From NCBI RefSeq assembly GCF_009914755.1, contig NC_060947.1: DNA of 64,000 bases. One strand, 5' to 3'. Each line of letters begins with the position of its first letter. The first letter of the stretch is position 1. Below the pieces are notes generated by a model. That model had not been told where the DNA came from and searched no databases. It saw only the letters and a list, made by a program, of their open reading frames with translations. Positions 40,513-60,028 of this stretch are shown piece by piece. Source of the stretch: the human T2T-CHM13v2.0 reference genome, Homo sapiens. The position numbers and the translations under genes were made by a program.

Positions 40513-42608
40513 CAGAGAAGAATGATAGAATTGTCCATTGCCTTATGTAAATGGTGTAAATGGTAGATACAACTTATAAACTCTGAACACATGAGAACAT
40601 ATCTCAAGTCAATCTATGATGAGCCCATAGGAATTTGCTTAAACAAACATCTACAGCACCATACTATTCACTGTATAGATATCAGATGAAAAAAATTTTT
40701 AAATATATATATATATAGCCAATCCATTATTGAATCATTCAATTAAAATCCTTACCAAATATGTGATCCATTGCAAGCAGTGTCTTAAATTTCCACATTT
40801 AATTCTTTATGAATTATGATCTGTCTTCTAAGAGTACTTAGTCAATCTCAGGGTAAAGAATTCCCTGGCCAGTGATGGATGCCAGGGGATTCAAGTTATG
40901 CTTTACTCATTGTAATCCTATGTTACCCTTGATCCAGAAGATCTCTTTAGGGCCAAAAAGGATTTCAGGTCTTTTTCATTACAGGCCCAGCAAACCCTAA
41001 ATGATCTTGAAGATCCCAGAATTGACCTACCCTCACAAGAGTTAATCTGAGGATAAATGCAAACCACAATACATTTCAGGCTCTTCCTCCCCTTCTGTAT
41101 CTCCAATCTGCTTCCAAAGGAGCCCATCTTTCCTTTGAGCTTTTTATCTTTTACATCTTCCCTATCATCCATCACCCCAGCTTAGATTACTGCAACAGCT
41201 TCTCATTTGGTCTCCCTAGCTTCAGCCTTTCCTACTTTGTCAGTCCTTCCTGTGGATCTAGATTATTAATCATTTTATGTATGTTTTACTCACATGTAAA
41301 GCATTGGGTACTTGGAATTTTTCTAAACATTACAAACATATTAATTCATTTAATCCTACCAATAATCCTATAATATTGGTGAGGAACCTGAGGCACAGGA
41401 GAGGTTAAAGTAAGTTGCCTAAGACCACATAGTAAGTAGTAAAAATCAAATTGAAATTAGACAATCTAGCACCAGAGTTTGTGCATTTTACCACTACTGC
41501 CGCTTTCGGTATAATGAGACAATCTCTAGCTACTCTAGCCCTACTGATCTTCTTTTATGTGGATTATAAACTGCACCACTTTAGTATTTTTTGTATAATT
41601 TTTTATGCCTATTGATTTGGACAGTCCAACCAGGGTGTAAAATTCTCAAGGAGCAGCAACCACATCTTATCAAAATTTTGTAGCCCTCAGAACCCCTAGC
41701 ACAAATTAGGTACCTAGTAAATTGCCCAGGACTTGAACCAGCCTCCAGGGGTTGGAGTACCAAACGATGGCCTTTATTCCTTTCATCACAAGTTTTACCC
41801 CCCCCACCACACCCCTCCCACCCCATTTTGGGTAAGCTGATATATACCATTATAGGAAATGTATTCACTGTAGTTAGAATGACTCATGTATCAAAATTCA
41901 AAGTTACTTTGAAACACTGGTAAACTGACTCAGGGAATATTTTAATTTATCAACTCAACTTCCTTGAAGTCGGCCATCATATAATTTTAATGTATTATTT
42001 TGCAAAAAGGAAAGAATAAAATTAAACAGTTAAATTCTTGTCACTAACTTGCTGATTCAGAGTCCTATGCAATATACTGTGATCTAGTGTACAATTTATA
42101 GTCAAAAGACTTGAATACTATTCCCTACTCAATATTTTACTAGTTATATGTTTTTAAGAGGTTACTTAATCTCTCTGAGCCTGATCCTCTACCGCCTCAC
42201 TTCACCCCACTCCTGTTTTCTCATCTATAAGGCAGGGATAATATTTGCCTTACCTCAAAGATAACTTTGAGGATCAAAGAAGACAATGTTTCTGAAAGTC
42301 CTTTTTAAACTCTAAAGCACTATATAAATGTAGGTTGTATTATTATTCATAGTATCAGATCCAAGAACCAAGGAATGTTAGTTTAGATTTAGTTTTGTCT
42401 CTATTCCATGCCATGTGATCTGGATGAAGGCATTAACTTCCCTGTACCTCATTCTTTCCATTTGTAAAACGAAACAGCTTACAATTTTAATCCTTTGTGA
42501 TCTAATTCTCTTAACTTGCTCCATATCCTGTTGGCAAATAACACAAAATCTGTTTTGTTACTGGACTTTTTCAATCCAAATGACTACCAATGCATGAAGT
42601 GAATTATT

Positions 42609-48752
<6,144 letters not shown>

Positions 48753-49097
48753 TGAAGTGAATTATTTTATATTATTGCCTTATATTGCCACTTAGAATTT
48801 ACATAAATCTTTTGCATGATTAAATTATTTTAATGTCTCCTGTTTTATATAATTATCAATTATGATATAGAAAATGCTATATTCACATTGTTTTACATAG
48901 AAAATATTAAATTTCTTTCTTTTCATTGTTCAAAAAGAAACTGAAAGAAATACACATTTTAGAGTGCTCTTGAAGAAAATAAGTGAATTTTGCACCAGGA
49001 AGAAGAACATTTCTTCCCTGCTCAGAATTAAAGCTTCAAAAGCATATGTGAACTCCTAATTAATGAGTGTTTCAATAATAACATAAAGCATCTACAA

Positions 49098-49186
49098 ATA
49101 TATATGTATGTGTGTATGTATATATATGTGTGTGTGTGTGTATAGTGTGTGTGTGTGTATAGTGTGTGTGTTTGTGTGTGTGTATA
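49098..49186. repeat. Compound (TA)/(TG) microsatellite
   Basis: Directly visible. Confidence 0.85.
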
Positions 49187-49931
49187 CTATTAAGTTTATT
49201 GTTAATGGAAAGCTTCAAGATGGAAGTATTTAAAAAGAGACATTAAACCTAAAATGAGAAATGTCTGACTCATGAGAAAGGGAAGGTATGAAAGGAGGAG
49301 AATGTACAACCTTGCAGATTAAATTGAAGGTAGAGGTGAAGCTCTCATTTACTTAACCATTCATTCAAAAAATTTGATTACCTTCTATGTGCCAGGTAGG
49401 TATAATGCTAGGCACTAGGGAGACAAGAAAATGAATAGACAAATCTCTGTTTTCAAGAGTCTCAGTATTGTTGGAGAGGCAGTCCTATATATAGATATAA
49501 GTCAATGTAAGTGCTGTGCTAGAGATATGCAGAGGGTGCCAAAGGAGCAACAGAAAGAATATCTATCTCAAAGTAAAGATCAAGTAAAGCTTCCTGGAAG
49601 AAGCTTCCTGAGCTGAGTTTTAGTTGGGAAATAGAAGTTATTCATGTTAAATGAGAATGGTATGTATTCCAGGTAGTAAAAGAAGCTTTTATGAAAGTCT
49701 GAAGATAACAAAATGCGAGGAGGATGCCAGGGGTCTGTAAGGTTTTCAATGCTTAGAGTATGAGGAAGGAGTAGCAACAGATAAAGCTGAAGAGGTAGGT
49801 GGTAGCTAGATCTTGAAAGGACTTGGTATGCCATGCTAAAATGTTTGGATTTATCCTGAAGGCAACTGAGAATCATCAAAATAATTTAAAAGTAACAGTG
49901 ACATGATAAGTTTTATCTTTTAGAGAGATAA

Positions 49932-50306
49932 CCCATGGAATACTATGCAGCCACAAAAAAGAACAAGATCATGTCCTTTGCAGGGACATGGATGGAGCTG
50001 GGAGCTGTTATCCTCAGCAAACTAATGCAGGAAGAGAAAACCAAATGCTGCATGTTCTCACTTACAAGTGGGAGCTGAACAATGAGAGCACATGGACACA
50101 TGGCAGGAAACAACACACACTGGGGCCTGTCGGTGGGGGATGGGGGTAGGGAGAGCACCAGGAAGAATAGCTAATGAATGCTGGGCTTAATTCCTGGCTG
50201 ATGGGTTGATCTGTGAAGCAAACAACCATGGCACATGTTTACCTATGTAACAAACCTGCACATCCTGCACATGTACCCCGGAACTTAAAAGTTGAAGAAA
50301 AAAAAA
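49932..50306 (+). mobile_element. 5'-truncated L1PA (about PA8-PA13) 3' end
   Basis: ccatggaatactatgcagcc...cacatgtaccccggaacttaaaagttg plus A-tail. Confidence 0.88.
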
Positions 50307-50534
50307 CTTCAAATATTTTCTAAGTGATAGTCTTGTGCTGCAGAAGTGAAATGTGAAATAATGGGTGTGTTATACTGCCTTACAATTTTGTTGGGAAAAT
50401 TACAACAAAAATCAATACTTGATTCACTCTCCTTGGTTCTGAGAAGTACTGCATTTAATTATAAATTATATTTTGTTACTTATAAAATAAAATGCATTTG
50501 CTTTCATTAAGAAAAAAAGAGTGAGATAAATCTT

Positions 50535-50838
50535 GTGTGTGTGTGTGTGAGACAGGGCCTCACTCTGTCACCCAGGCTGGAGTGCAGTGGCATGATCTCG
50601 GCTCACTACTGCCTCGACCTCCCAGACTCAAGCGATCCTCCCCCCTCAACCCCCGCACCTGAAGTAGCTGAGACTATAGGCACTCACCACCGTGCTCGAG
50701 TAATTTTTTTGTACTTTTCATAGAGATGGGGTTTCACCATGTTGCTCAGGCTGGTCTCAAACTCCTGAGCTCAAGCGTTCCATCTGCCTTGGCCTAGCAA
50801 AATGCTAGGATTATAGGCATGAGCTACTGTGCCCAGCC
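50535..50838 (-). mobile_element. AluJ with (TG)n-converted tail
   Basis: Reverse Alu flanked by GAGATAAATCT. Confidence 0.85.
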
Positions 50839-52529
50839 TAGAGAGATAAATCTAATGAAAAAAGGAAAGAGCCAAAACCGGTTAGGAGTTGTTGTTTTAA
50901 TCTAGGTAAATTATAGCAATAATAATAATGAGTTCCTGAAATAAAGCAGTAGAGGTAGGGAAGAAAAAGGACACAATTCAAGAGTTATTTAGGAGGTAGA
51001 AGTGAGGAGAGTTGGTGACCAACTATTAATACATGTGAGGATGAGGGGGATCGTAGGGCAGAGGAAGACCCCTGGATTTTGGGCTTTCATGAATAGTTGA
51101 GAGTGCAATTTAATGAAACATGGCATATAGGAGAAAGAATAGATAGGGAGACAAGATTATGAGTTCAGCTTCAGTCATATAAAATTTTAGGTGTCTTTGA
51201 AATTTCCAAGCAGAGATGTTCATTAAGCAGTTGGATATCTACACTGGAGATAGATTTGAGAATATTTTTATAGAGTATAGATGAAGACATAATCACAGTG
51301 AGATTACTCAACAAAGAGTACAAAAACTTAGATCAGAACCCCAATGATATAATCCTAAGAAGTCCCAATGTTTATGGAATAAATGGAAGAAGAAGAGCAC
51401 CTGAAGAAGACTGAAAATATTGTCTATAGAGGTATGGGGAAAGTCTGGAAGACAGTAATGTCACAGAATCTAAGGGAGCAGAGAGTTTCCAGAAGGGAGT
51501 TGTCACCAGTGTCAAAGGCTGCAAATGTTCACAGAAGATCAGGTTGGAAAAGTGCCTGCTGGATTTAGCAACTAGTAAGTTATATATAACCTTGGTGTAT
51601 ACAGTTTCAATTTCAGTGGCCTGAAGGGAATGGAATAAAAATGCAGTAGGCTGAGGAGTAGTAAGAAGTGAGGAAGCCCAAGGACATTTTCTTTGGTAGC
51701 CCCACAAATATTTTCTTTTGGGAGCTCATAGCAAATAGTAAAGTGTACCTGCCTTCTCATTATATATAATTTCTCCCTGTAGCATTTATTAAAAGATTTT
51801 CAGCAAAAATAAGTGAGCATAGGCAATGAGTGATTATTACTCTTCCAACAGGCTGTGCTATAAAGAAAAGGCAATAAATAGTGATAACTCTCCCCTCTCC
51901 CCATCTCTGTCTGTCGCTCTGTCACTGAAAATACTTGAACATGTTTAAATACTACTGGGAAGGAGCCAACAGAAAGGAAGAGGTTGAGGATTCAGAAAAG
52001 AGGGGAATAATCGATGGAAAAGGAACCACAAAGAGGCAGAAAAGCGTGGGCTCAGGAACACATATGGAAGAATGGGATTCGTTAGGATTGGGAAACACCT
52101 CTTCCATTGAGATGGGAATGGAAGAGTTAAGGATGAACGCCAATGCAGAGAAGTTTATAGTTGGGGGCTGAATGGTAAGGACCAGGGAGTGGAACAGTTC
52201 TTACATCATAACCCCAATTTTACCCCATGAAAATTTTTATTTGGAGTAGTGAAAGTCTGAAATAGTAGGTGAACGTAATAATTGAAAGAGATGACTAAGA
52301 TAAAGTGATGCTAGGGGGCAATGAATATTTCATGCTCTTCATCTCTATTCTTATATCCCATTTCCAATCCATCAGGAAATTCTACAACTTTATCTTCAAA
52401 ATATACCCCAAATCCAGCCACTTTTCTCCACCTACACTGCCACCACCCTAGTTTGAACTATCACCGTCTCTCTTTGATTACTGTAATAGCTTTTCCCACT
52501 CCACTCCACCCCACCTCTACCCCACTCTG

Positions 52530-53600
52530 GCTTCTTTCAAGATTTTCTCTTTGTCTTTGATTTTCAGCAGTTTAAATTATATATCTAGGTATAGCGTTTT
52601 TGGTATTTATCCTGCTTAGTATTCTCTGAGATTCCTGGATCTGTGGTTTGGTGTCTGCTATTAACTTCAGAAAATTATCAGCCATTATCACTTCAAATAT
52701 TTCTTCTGTTCTTTTCTTTCTTTCTTCTCCTTCTGGTATTCCCATTATGCATATGTCATAGCTTTTTAATTGTCCGACAGTTCTTAGGTATTCTACTTTT
52801 TTAATTCTTTTTTTCTCTTTGCATTTCAGTTTGGGAAGTTTCTACTGAGATATTTTTCAGCTCAGATTCTTTCCTCAGCCATGTTCAGTCTACTAATAAG
52901 CGCATCAAAAACATTCTTCACTTCTGTCACAGTGTTTTGATTTCTAGCATTTCATTTTGATTCTTTCTTAGGGTTTCCATCTCTCTGCTAACATTACCTA
53001 TCTATTCCTGTATATTGTCCACTTTTTCCATTAAAATCTTTAGCATATTAATCATGCTTATTTTAAATTTCCTGTCTGAAAATTCCAAAGTCTCTGCCAC
53101 ATTTGAGTCTGGTTCTGGTGCTTTGTCTCTTCAGACTATTTTCCCTGCCTTTTGGCATGCTTTGTAATTTTTTACATGATGTATCAGACAAAAGGAGTGT
53201 GAGGTTTTATGTTTATCTGGCTAGGAGTTAGGTGCTTAGTGTCTGCTGTAGTTGTGGTACCGACAACTAAAATTTTCCCTAGTGACCTTGGTTTTGTCTC
53301 CCCTGTTGGGAGTTTTCCTGGAGCCTCCTTAAATAGAGTCTGAGTCTTGCAGCTCTCACAGTTGTGATCCACTATTATTATACTGCAGCCCTGTTGATTT
53401 GGTAGTAAGGTATTGAAAGTGTGAGAGTCCCCCTAAGAATGTGACTCGGGAGTTTTTTTTGTTTTTGTTTTTGTTTTTAACTCCCAAGCAGGTCCATTCT
53501 CAGCTTATAGCAATTTGTCAATCACCATTTAGGTGTTCCTACCAGTTATTGACTCCAGTGGTTTCTGCTCCAGCTAAATTAATCTGGGCTTTTATTTCTT
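52530..53600 (-). mobile_element. Old L1M 5'/ORF1-region fragment
   Basis: ctttcaagattttctctttgtctttgattttcagcagttt...; typical reverse L1M ORF1 text. Confidence 0.7.
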
Positions 53601-55804
53601 TGCATAACAGGAGCAGATTGGTAACGAAAAAGTTTGACTGAAGTGGGTTCAAGATAGAATAGGGAAGAAATATTGGAAACAGCATTTCTTTTGAGGAGTT
53701 TTGCTGTGAATGGGAGTAGAGAAAAGAAAAATAGCTGAAGGAAGATATGGGGCAAATATTTTTTGTTTTGGAGATTAAGGAAATCAGAGCATATTTATTG
53801 ATGAGAATGATCCAATGGAAAGCTGAAAATTCTAATGCAGGAGAGAAATGAAGATTTTCTGCAGCAAAGTCCTTAAGTAGGCAAGAAGAAATGAGATGGG
53901 AGCCAATGTACAAGTTATTATTATCATTGAAAATATTATTATTACTTTTTTACTATTATTCCTTTCAGTACAAATGTTCAAATGATCTTTGGCTTGCCTG
54001 ATTCATGTGAATCTGTTTCTACTGTTCTATGCAGAATTTTCTAGCCGTTTGCTGACCACCATCATAAGGAGACTTTCACTTCAATAAATCACAATTTGGA
54101 GGCCAGGATGGAGCCTTAATCCTACCAGAGTCCCTCAACATTTGGGATAAAGTATTTAAATGGAGAGGAGCCTAGAATCTATAATAACAGCTAATACTTT
54201 TATAGCATCTATGTGCCAAGCACTGTGGTAAATACACACATGTATATATGTATATGTATTTATCATATACGTAAATTGGGTACATATCTATACACAACCT
54301 CATTGGGTTATTGTGATAAAAATATGAGTTGATATATAGAACTCATATTATTATCACAGTAACCCACTGAGGTACATGCTCTGTTATTCTCATTTTACAG
54401 ATGGAGAAACTGAAATATACAGCTAGTAAATGGGGGAGTCAAGAGATATGAACCCAAAGTCTTGGGCTCTGGAGTCTACATACTTAACCCTACCATAAAT
54501 CTTTTCCTTTTCTGAGCAAGAATTCATTTAAGGCCATGATGATAATGTCAAGGTTCACTGAGCTTAGTTCAGTCTCTGAAGAGAGGAACACAAGCTTAGT
54601 TCCTCATTACACTGTCCTGAGAAATCTTCGTAAATCTCAGAAAGAGCCCTCAGATTAATCTCATTTTCTTATGGCTCATTATTTATGAATTTGTCTTTGT
54701 CCATAAACAGGTAAAGTATACTATGCCTTTTTCAAGATAAGAATCTGACTTTATTTTACAGTAGATTTACACTATTTCTATGAACACCCCAACCTGCCTT
54801 TTAAAAATATTTTTACTAAAGTATTACATTCAGAAAAGTATCATAAATGCACAGTTAGATAAATCTTCACACAGTGAGCAAGCCCATGTAACTAGTACCT
54901 AGATCAAGAACCAGAACATTATTAGCACCCCAGTGTCCCCTTCTTGCCAACTCTCAGTCACTATCCTCCTAAATGTAACTGCTATTAGCTTGTTATGTTT
55001 TTGAACTGAAATCCAAACTATCAGATTGGTATATTAATGGCAAAAACAGCAATTACATTTGAACCAATCTAATACTTTTAAATTAACCCCTACTTCCATT
55101 AACAATCTACACATTTCTTGCCTGATTTTTTCCAACTCATTCAAGGATGAAAGCTAAAATTGTGTCATGTCCTGCTCACCTAAATGACCACATTTTGTTC
55201 TGAGTTTTTATTTGAACTATGTTTATGTGATAAAATAATAAATAATAATAGTAACCACACTTACTGAGCACTTACTATGTGCCAGGTAAATGTTTTACTT
55301 GTCTAATCCCCATAACAACCCTAAGAGGGTGGTATTATATTTTAATTTCTACTTTTCAAAAGAGGAAACTGAAGCACAGAGAGATTAGGTAACCTTCCCA
55401 AGGCCACACAGTTAGCAAGTGGCAGAATTAAGGTAATTTTTTTCTCCCTTTGAAATATGTTTGGCCATATGTAGATCAGACAAATATATCCTAGTTCATC
55501 TGGATGGACTCTTGTTATTATAAGATTAGTTTTAATGAATTATTTAAATACACTTATCTATTATATCTGATTATACTTTAATTGCAGTCCACACTGAATT
55601 CCCCCTTATACAATCAATTCAAAATTTAGAATCCATTGTTAACCTTCTTGGATTTAATTGTGTCCTGTTTCATGCATCAGATTAACAGGTTGCTAGCTAC
55701 TGTTCCCAATGTGTACAATACAGAATATTTACGTTATATCCCTAGAATTTTTTTCAAAGGCATTTTGGTTGTTCCATATTATTGTCCCTTTAATTAACAT
55801 GGTT

Positions 55805-56312
55805 TGTCAGAATACTTTTGGCTGCAAGTAAGAGAACACCCAACTAAACATATTTTAAACAGCAAAGATTTATTAATAAATCTCACATAACAAGAAGTCT
55901 TAAGTTAGGCAGTCCCAGGCTTGATTCATTAGTTCACTGAGGTTATCAAGGACCCTATTTTTTTCCCCATCTTTCCGCTCTGGAACCTCCAGTTTATTGG
56001 GATGATTCTTCTCAGAGTTGCAAGATGACTGCAGCCATTCCAAGCATCACATCATGACACAGCTGTATGCAAAGCAGGCAGAAAGGGGCTGCAAGGGAAG
56101 GCTGCCCTTTCCTTTTTTACTGAAGAAACTTTCTGAGAAACCCCAGCAAACTTCCCCTTATGTCTCATTGGCTAGAATTGTTCCATGTGGCCACTCCTAG
56201 CTGCAAGACAGGCTGAGATAACAGTAATTAACACTCCCAGCCTCTGTTGGGAGAAGAAAGGTGTTTATTGGGCAATATGTTGTTAGATAGGTAACCACCA
56301 TTATGTGCTTCA
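55805..56312. mobile_element. MLT1-type MaLR LTR
   Basis: ttggctgcaagtaagagaa...tgtctcattggctagaattg...ggccactcctagctgcaag. Confidence 0.65.
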
Positions 56313-56920
56313 CATAGATAATTTACAGCTAACCTTAATGTCTTAGAAAGGATATAGATGAAGAAAGGCAATATTAACTACACCCATAGTATATTGGATG
56401 TGTAAGCTGAAATGTTGCCTTCCTATGACTTGTCAGTCTGATAGTCTTGATGCTACTGTATTTCTGAAGTCTCACCATATGGTAGGACTTTCTAAGTGTG
56501 TCACAGTGAATTTGCTCCATATTGGCTGGAAGTTTCAGGAAAATAGAATTTGGTTTAATAGAAAGAAGTATATTTCTGACAGAGCTGGTTGTTTCCAGAA
56601 GGTTTGAAACACATATCACCAAAATGTTTAAGTAGAGTGCTTCAGTTTACAATAACAACAATAATAATTACAATAATAACATATAAATTCTGAATCAAGA
56701 GATACTCAGCCTCCTGTCAAAAACCAATGGATTTTTGTAGAGGGAATTCATGTGGAGCTTAGATAAAGAATTAGAGTCTATCTATGATTTATAACCTTTT
56801 GTATCTTATTTCTTACTAAAAACTCAAATAATTATTTGTCTCTTACCATAATGAAAACAAATAAACAAAAATGCCTGTTTTCCAAAAATGTGCATGTATA
56901 TTTTCATAATATTGTACTAA

Positions 56921-57003
56921 TATTAGGTTGGTGCCAAAGTAATTGCTGTTTTGCCATTAAAAATAATTGCAAAAACTGCAATTACTTTGGCACCAACCTA
57001 ATA
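56921..57003. mobile_element. MADE1 (Hsmar1-derived MITE)
   Basis: TATTAGGTTGGTGCCAAAGTAATTGC ... GCAATTACTTTGGCACCAACCTAATA inverted termini. Confidence 0.9.
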
Positions 57004-57073
57004 ATATTAAGTACATACTTTATTGCTATGATATTATAAAACAAGGAGATCATTTTTTAGAAATTGAAGTAGA

Positions 57074-57467
<394 letters not shown>

Positions 57468-58225
57468 TCAACCTGAAGCTCTCATGAAACTGCAATTTTA
57501 TTAGTGGCAAGAAAGGAAGAATGGTGAATAAAGTACAATAATAGATACATTCCAGCAGAAATACTTACATAAAAATAAATACACATGCCAGTAGGTGGGG
57601 AGAAGAGTGGATTCTGAGACACACATGGGCTACAAGGTTAATGATAGCTTGTCAAGGTGACTTAGATGGAAAATATATGGCAGATATGATTAGGTGAATT
57701 GGCGTCCTGACAAATGTGGATCTAAGGAGAAAAAGAGAGAAAATATCCTAATGAAAGCCTGGTATCCCAACTGGATTACATCTGTATTTGTTTCCTTACC
57801 AGATACTTCCTTCTCTGTCTTCTCTTTATTTTCTCCTCCTGAAAACTCTCCTAACTTTTGTTTATCTTTTTCTGCCCTCTTCCACTTTCATTTCTTTCTC
57901 TTATCTTTTCTTCATCTCTTCTCTTTGCCAGTGATACCCAATGATGTCCTCAGATGATTGTTCAGCACTCTTGGTGGCTGTAAGGTCAGAGATCTCTGGT
58001 TATGAGCAGGGTTGGAAAATGTATTAGTAGCAATATGTTTCAAGCAAAGGTTTAACTTTGGCAAATAATAAAACATGAACCTTAGTACAAAGATGAACAA
58101 ATAGTTCTTGGAAATAATAAATGGCTATGACTGAACTCAAGTGGTATACAACTCATACACAATTCGTGCATGTTCCATATACAGGAAGTATAGATATGGG
58201 GATCTGACAAGTGTACAACCAAAAA

Positions 58226-58295
58226 GTTAACTGGTAATTTATACATGCTGTAAAGAACAAGTTCAAAATCCATGGTCCCTTATCTCCTATATAAA
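58226..58295 (+). promoter_or_regulatory. Candidate gut/liver-type TATA promoter (HNF1-like, CDX, HNF4 DR1, GATA, TATA)
   Basis: GTTAACTGGTAAT 58226-58238, TTTATA 58238-58243, AGTTCAAAATCCA 58260-58272, CTTATCT 58279-58285, TATATAAA 58288-58295. Confidence 0.45.
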
Positions 58296-58382
58296 CCATT
58301 CACAATCTCTGCTGATTGCCTCTCCTAATTGCAGCAGTCTTTAAATGTAGTTGTCAAGACTGCCTTCTTCTATCTTACTCTC

Positions 58383-58461
58383 ATGATGGTGGATCGCTTG
58401 TTTATACTGTCTTGAATTCTGTTCATCTCTTGGTGTTTTCTGACTGTACGTTGTGAATAAC
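58383..58461 (+). pseudogene. Candidate disabled signal-peptide exon 1 of a lost gene
   Basis: MMVDRLFILS*ILFISWCFLTVRCE* followed by C|GTAAGA (donor 58462-58467, phase 1), about 90 nt after the TATA box. Confidence 0.45.
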
Positions 58462-59705
58462 GTAAGAAAAATTTTAGTTGCTTTATTTCTATAGGTTAAA
58501 GGTATAAATAATTAATTATGCTTTAATTAGAGAGGGAATCAATGCTTTGTAGTATCTAAGGCTAAGGAACTAGACAGTATTACAAGCAAAGGTTCTGTTG
58601 TTTAAAATTCACAAACCTGAAAGTATCTGTTTTTTTAAAAGGTGATTATTTTTAGAAGAGATAAATAATTATTTCCTCTTAAAGATAACATGTTTGTCTC
58701 TGATCTCTGAGATAAATATGAAAAATTCTATGGACCAGTAACTAAAATTTTTACTTGTGTCAATATTAGTAATTGTTTTAGGCTACTTATATTTAACACT
58801 GTTTCTTAGAATATATAAATGTTGTACCAGATTTTTAAGAAAATTTTCAATCGGCAATGTATTCAATACAAATATGTACTTACATGATATAATAAAAACC
58901 ATGCGAATCCATGTAAAAGGAAAGAAATGGCCAAAGAAATAAGTGGTATAATCATACCTGTCTATGAAACAGCATAAAATCTTTGCCAAGCCAAGAAGTA
59001 CAACTTTTTTTTTCTAAATATTGGCTATTGAAAACAGATGTGACTTAAATTTCTCTAAACAGCACCATTTGACATAGTAATTCTGGTGGGCACTTTTGGA
59101 ATGTTGGGTAGTTGAATGTTCAGTGGAGCATTTTGGCCCAGTGAAGTTGTTTCCATATTTAAAGGTGTAAGTCAAACTTTTAAAGTACTGTACTATGTTT
59201 TTACCTAAAAACTGTGTTATATTTTCTGATGTTGCCTTTTCACTCCTTTTAGCAATATGTTTATGTAGTAGAATCAGTGTGTCATATTTTACATTAGGAA
59301 AAAAATACGCTCTACAAAGGGCAAACAGCTTCCTTTTGGATTCTATGTACCTAATCTCATCAAAGAAGCTTCCCCTTCTTGCCTATCACCTCCATCCCCA
59401 AACATACTCGGATACTCAGAGACCTGGGATTCAGACAATCTGAACTCTGACTCCATGGAATCTCTTCTTTGTGTTTAGGCTGGAGGAAGGTTAAAATAGT
59501 TTTCCTTTTCTTGGAATTGCAGTTTCTGTGCATGTTTATAGGTCCTGTGACTTGACTCGTAAGAAAGGTTCCTACTGAGTTTCAGACTTTAGAAAACTTT
59601 TTCTCAGTTCAGATCAGGGAGGAGACACTGCAGCTATATCCTGGGCAAAATGACTCTCCACAGTTTTCTTGAAATTATCAAAACATCATTAAGAGTTGGG
59701 GCTGT

Positions 59706-60028
59706 CTGGGTGCAGTGGCATATGCCTGTAATCCCAGCTACTCAGGAGGCTGAGACGGCTGGGTCTCTTGAGCTCAGAAGTTCAAGACCAGCCTGGGCAA
59801 CACAGTGAGACCCAGTCTCTTCAAAATATAAAATAATAAAAATAAAAGAGCCAAGTGTGGTGGTGCACAACTATAATCCCAGGTACTTGGGGGGCTGAAG
59901 TGGGAGGATTACTTGAGTCTGGGAGGTAGATGCTGCATGAGCCGTGATTGCACCATTGCAATCCAGCCTGGGTGACAGAGCTAGGCCCTGTCTCAAAAAA
60001 AAATAAAATAAATAAAATAAAATAAAAA
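59706..60028 (+). mobile_element. AluJ-like element
   Basis: Diverged dimer with (AAAAT)n tail. Confidence 0.8.

Larger units (their letters stand above)
49350..52200 (-). mobile_element. Fragmented L2 hosting L1 and Alu insertions
   Basis: cattcattca...ctatgtgccagg...aagcttcctggaagaag and other purine-rich L2 reverse-strand text; boundaries approximate. Confidence 0.55.

Noticed and set aside
55021-55074. Second MADE1-like sequence as a miRNA precursor
   Set aside because: Mostly a single degraded arm, so it cannot form the full hairpin.
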